Shown: positions 55,369 to 56,014 of the stretch, in pieces | How the letters are laid out: the number at the start of each line of letters is the position of its first letter | Position numbering within the stretch: position 1 is the first letter of the stretch | DNA from: a virus | Taxonomy: Duplodnaviria > Caudoviricetes | Reading direction: 5' to 3' (one strand) | Length of the DNA: 56,014 bases | IMG/VR virus record: IMGVR_UViG_3300024265_000059 | Location: 1-56,014 of that record | The notes under the pieces: generated by a model | What the model saw: the letters and a program-made list of their open reading frames with translations, nothing else | What the model was told of the DNA's origin: nothing | The model's database searches: none | Position numbers and translations under genes: made by a program

Positions 55369-55838
55369 TAAAGTCCATCCATAGCGTCTACGAAACCACC
55401 TGCTGTATAATATCCACGCTCTTTGGCAGTTTTCTTAGCATGACAATTGGCGCATCGGACCACACATTTTTCTATTTCTTTCAGTATTGTTGGCCAAATA
55501 CGTGTTGTCAGCATTGTTGTAATATTAGCCGTTTTTGTTCCTGTCACATGATCGAATTCAAGTGTCGCTGGATGAGTTTCTCCACAGTCGATACATGGAT
55601 GGTTTTTCAAATAGTCGAGCATCAAAGGCCAATTAATACCACAAAGTTTTTTATGATTTACTTTGGAAAGATTTATTCTTTTGTTGCGAAAATCTTCTGA
55701 TTGATCGTATCTCTCTTTATTATGTATGCTATGACACGCTTTGCACCAAGAACAATACCCATCCTTGCGAGCCCGACGTATGGCGAATTCGGAAACCGGC
55801 TTTTCTTTACCGCATTTTGAACATCTCTTGATTCTCAT
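55368..55838 (-). CDS. HNH endonuclease with N-terminal Zn ribbon
   Basis: KRCSKCG..K...EF....CKAC; CIDCG.....LEFDH....EIEKC.V.CANCH. Confidence 0.85.
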   Translation of the reverse strand: MRIKRCSKCGKEKPVSEFAIRRARKDGYCSWCKACHSIHNKERYDQSEDFRNKRINLSKVNHKKLCGINWPLMLDYLKNHPCIDCGETHPATLEFDHVTGTKTANITTMLTTRIWPTILKEIEKCVVRCANCHAKKTAKERGYYTAGGFVDAMDGL

Positions 55839-55843
55839 TCTGT

Positions 55844-56014
55844 TTACTTGAATGTTACAGAATCTAATGCTGAGACAAAACCGGGTTCGAATTTTTCTGC
55901 ATTATCGGTAAATAATTCCCAACAAACATCAAAACCGGACACACACGCAGAGACATCCCATCCGACCACATTGCTCGTCACGCCTTCAAGGAGCGTACAA
56001 CCACCACCCAAGAG
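55844..56014 (-). CDS. Hypothetical protein, 3' end only (truncated by window edge)
   Basis: Open frame from the window end to TAA at 55844. Confidence 0.4.
   Translation of the reverse strand, partial: LLGGGCTLLEGVTSNVVGWDVSACVSGFDVCWELFTDNAEKFEPGFVSALDSVTFK

Noticed and set aside
1-56014. Stop-codon recoding (alternative genetic code)
   Set aside because: Genes tile densely in the standard code, and TAA, TAG and TGA all occur at ends of genes coupled to the next gene.

Overview
A 56-kb fragment of a large (jumbo-type) tailed dsDNA phage genome in standard genetic code. The + strand (1-27.6 kb) is a replication module: DnaB helicase, DnaG-type primase, DUF5664-type dNTP diphosphohydrolase, PD-(D/E)XK nuclease, SSB, a sigma-like factor, and Rad52-like and Whirly-like ssDNA proteins. 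DnaE (Pol III alpha) is split into two genes without an intein. The halves are separated by a ~10.6-kb glycosyl/methyltransferase island containing a heptose kinase, GT9-like genes and a WbdD-like methyltransferase+kinase pair; a second GT4/GT2 cluster follows. The - strand (27.6-47.7 kb) is a virion/tail module with a tape measure protein. The - strand 47.8-54 kb holds 17 tRNA genes mixed with a T4 Rnl1-type RNA ligase and a ribosome recycling factor. Top finding: two apparent ribosome-mediated attenuators (SD + short leader peptide + mutually exclusive antiterminator/terminator hairpins) sit upstream of the tRNA blocks, and the leader codons match the downstream tRNAs. The clearest case is MKNRQQSSQSSSQRSLGRLGDAV, directly ahead of tRNA-Ser(UGA), tRNA-Ser(GCU) and tRNA-Gln(UUG). 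This suggests an on-demand tRNA-replacement and repair system that senses host tRNA depletion. Two repeated promoter motifs were also found (GGNACAAAC-N13-GTATAAT and GGTGTATAA). All protein calls are by eye from motifs; no database searches or folding computations were run.
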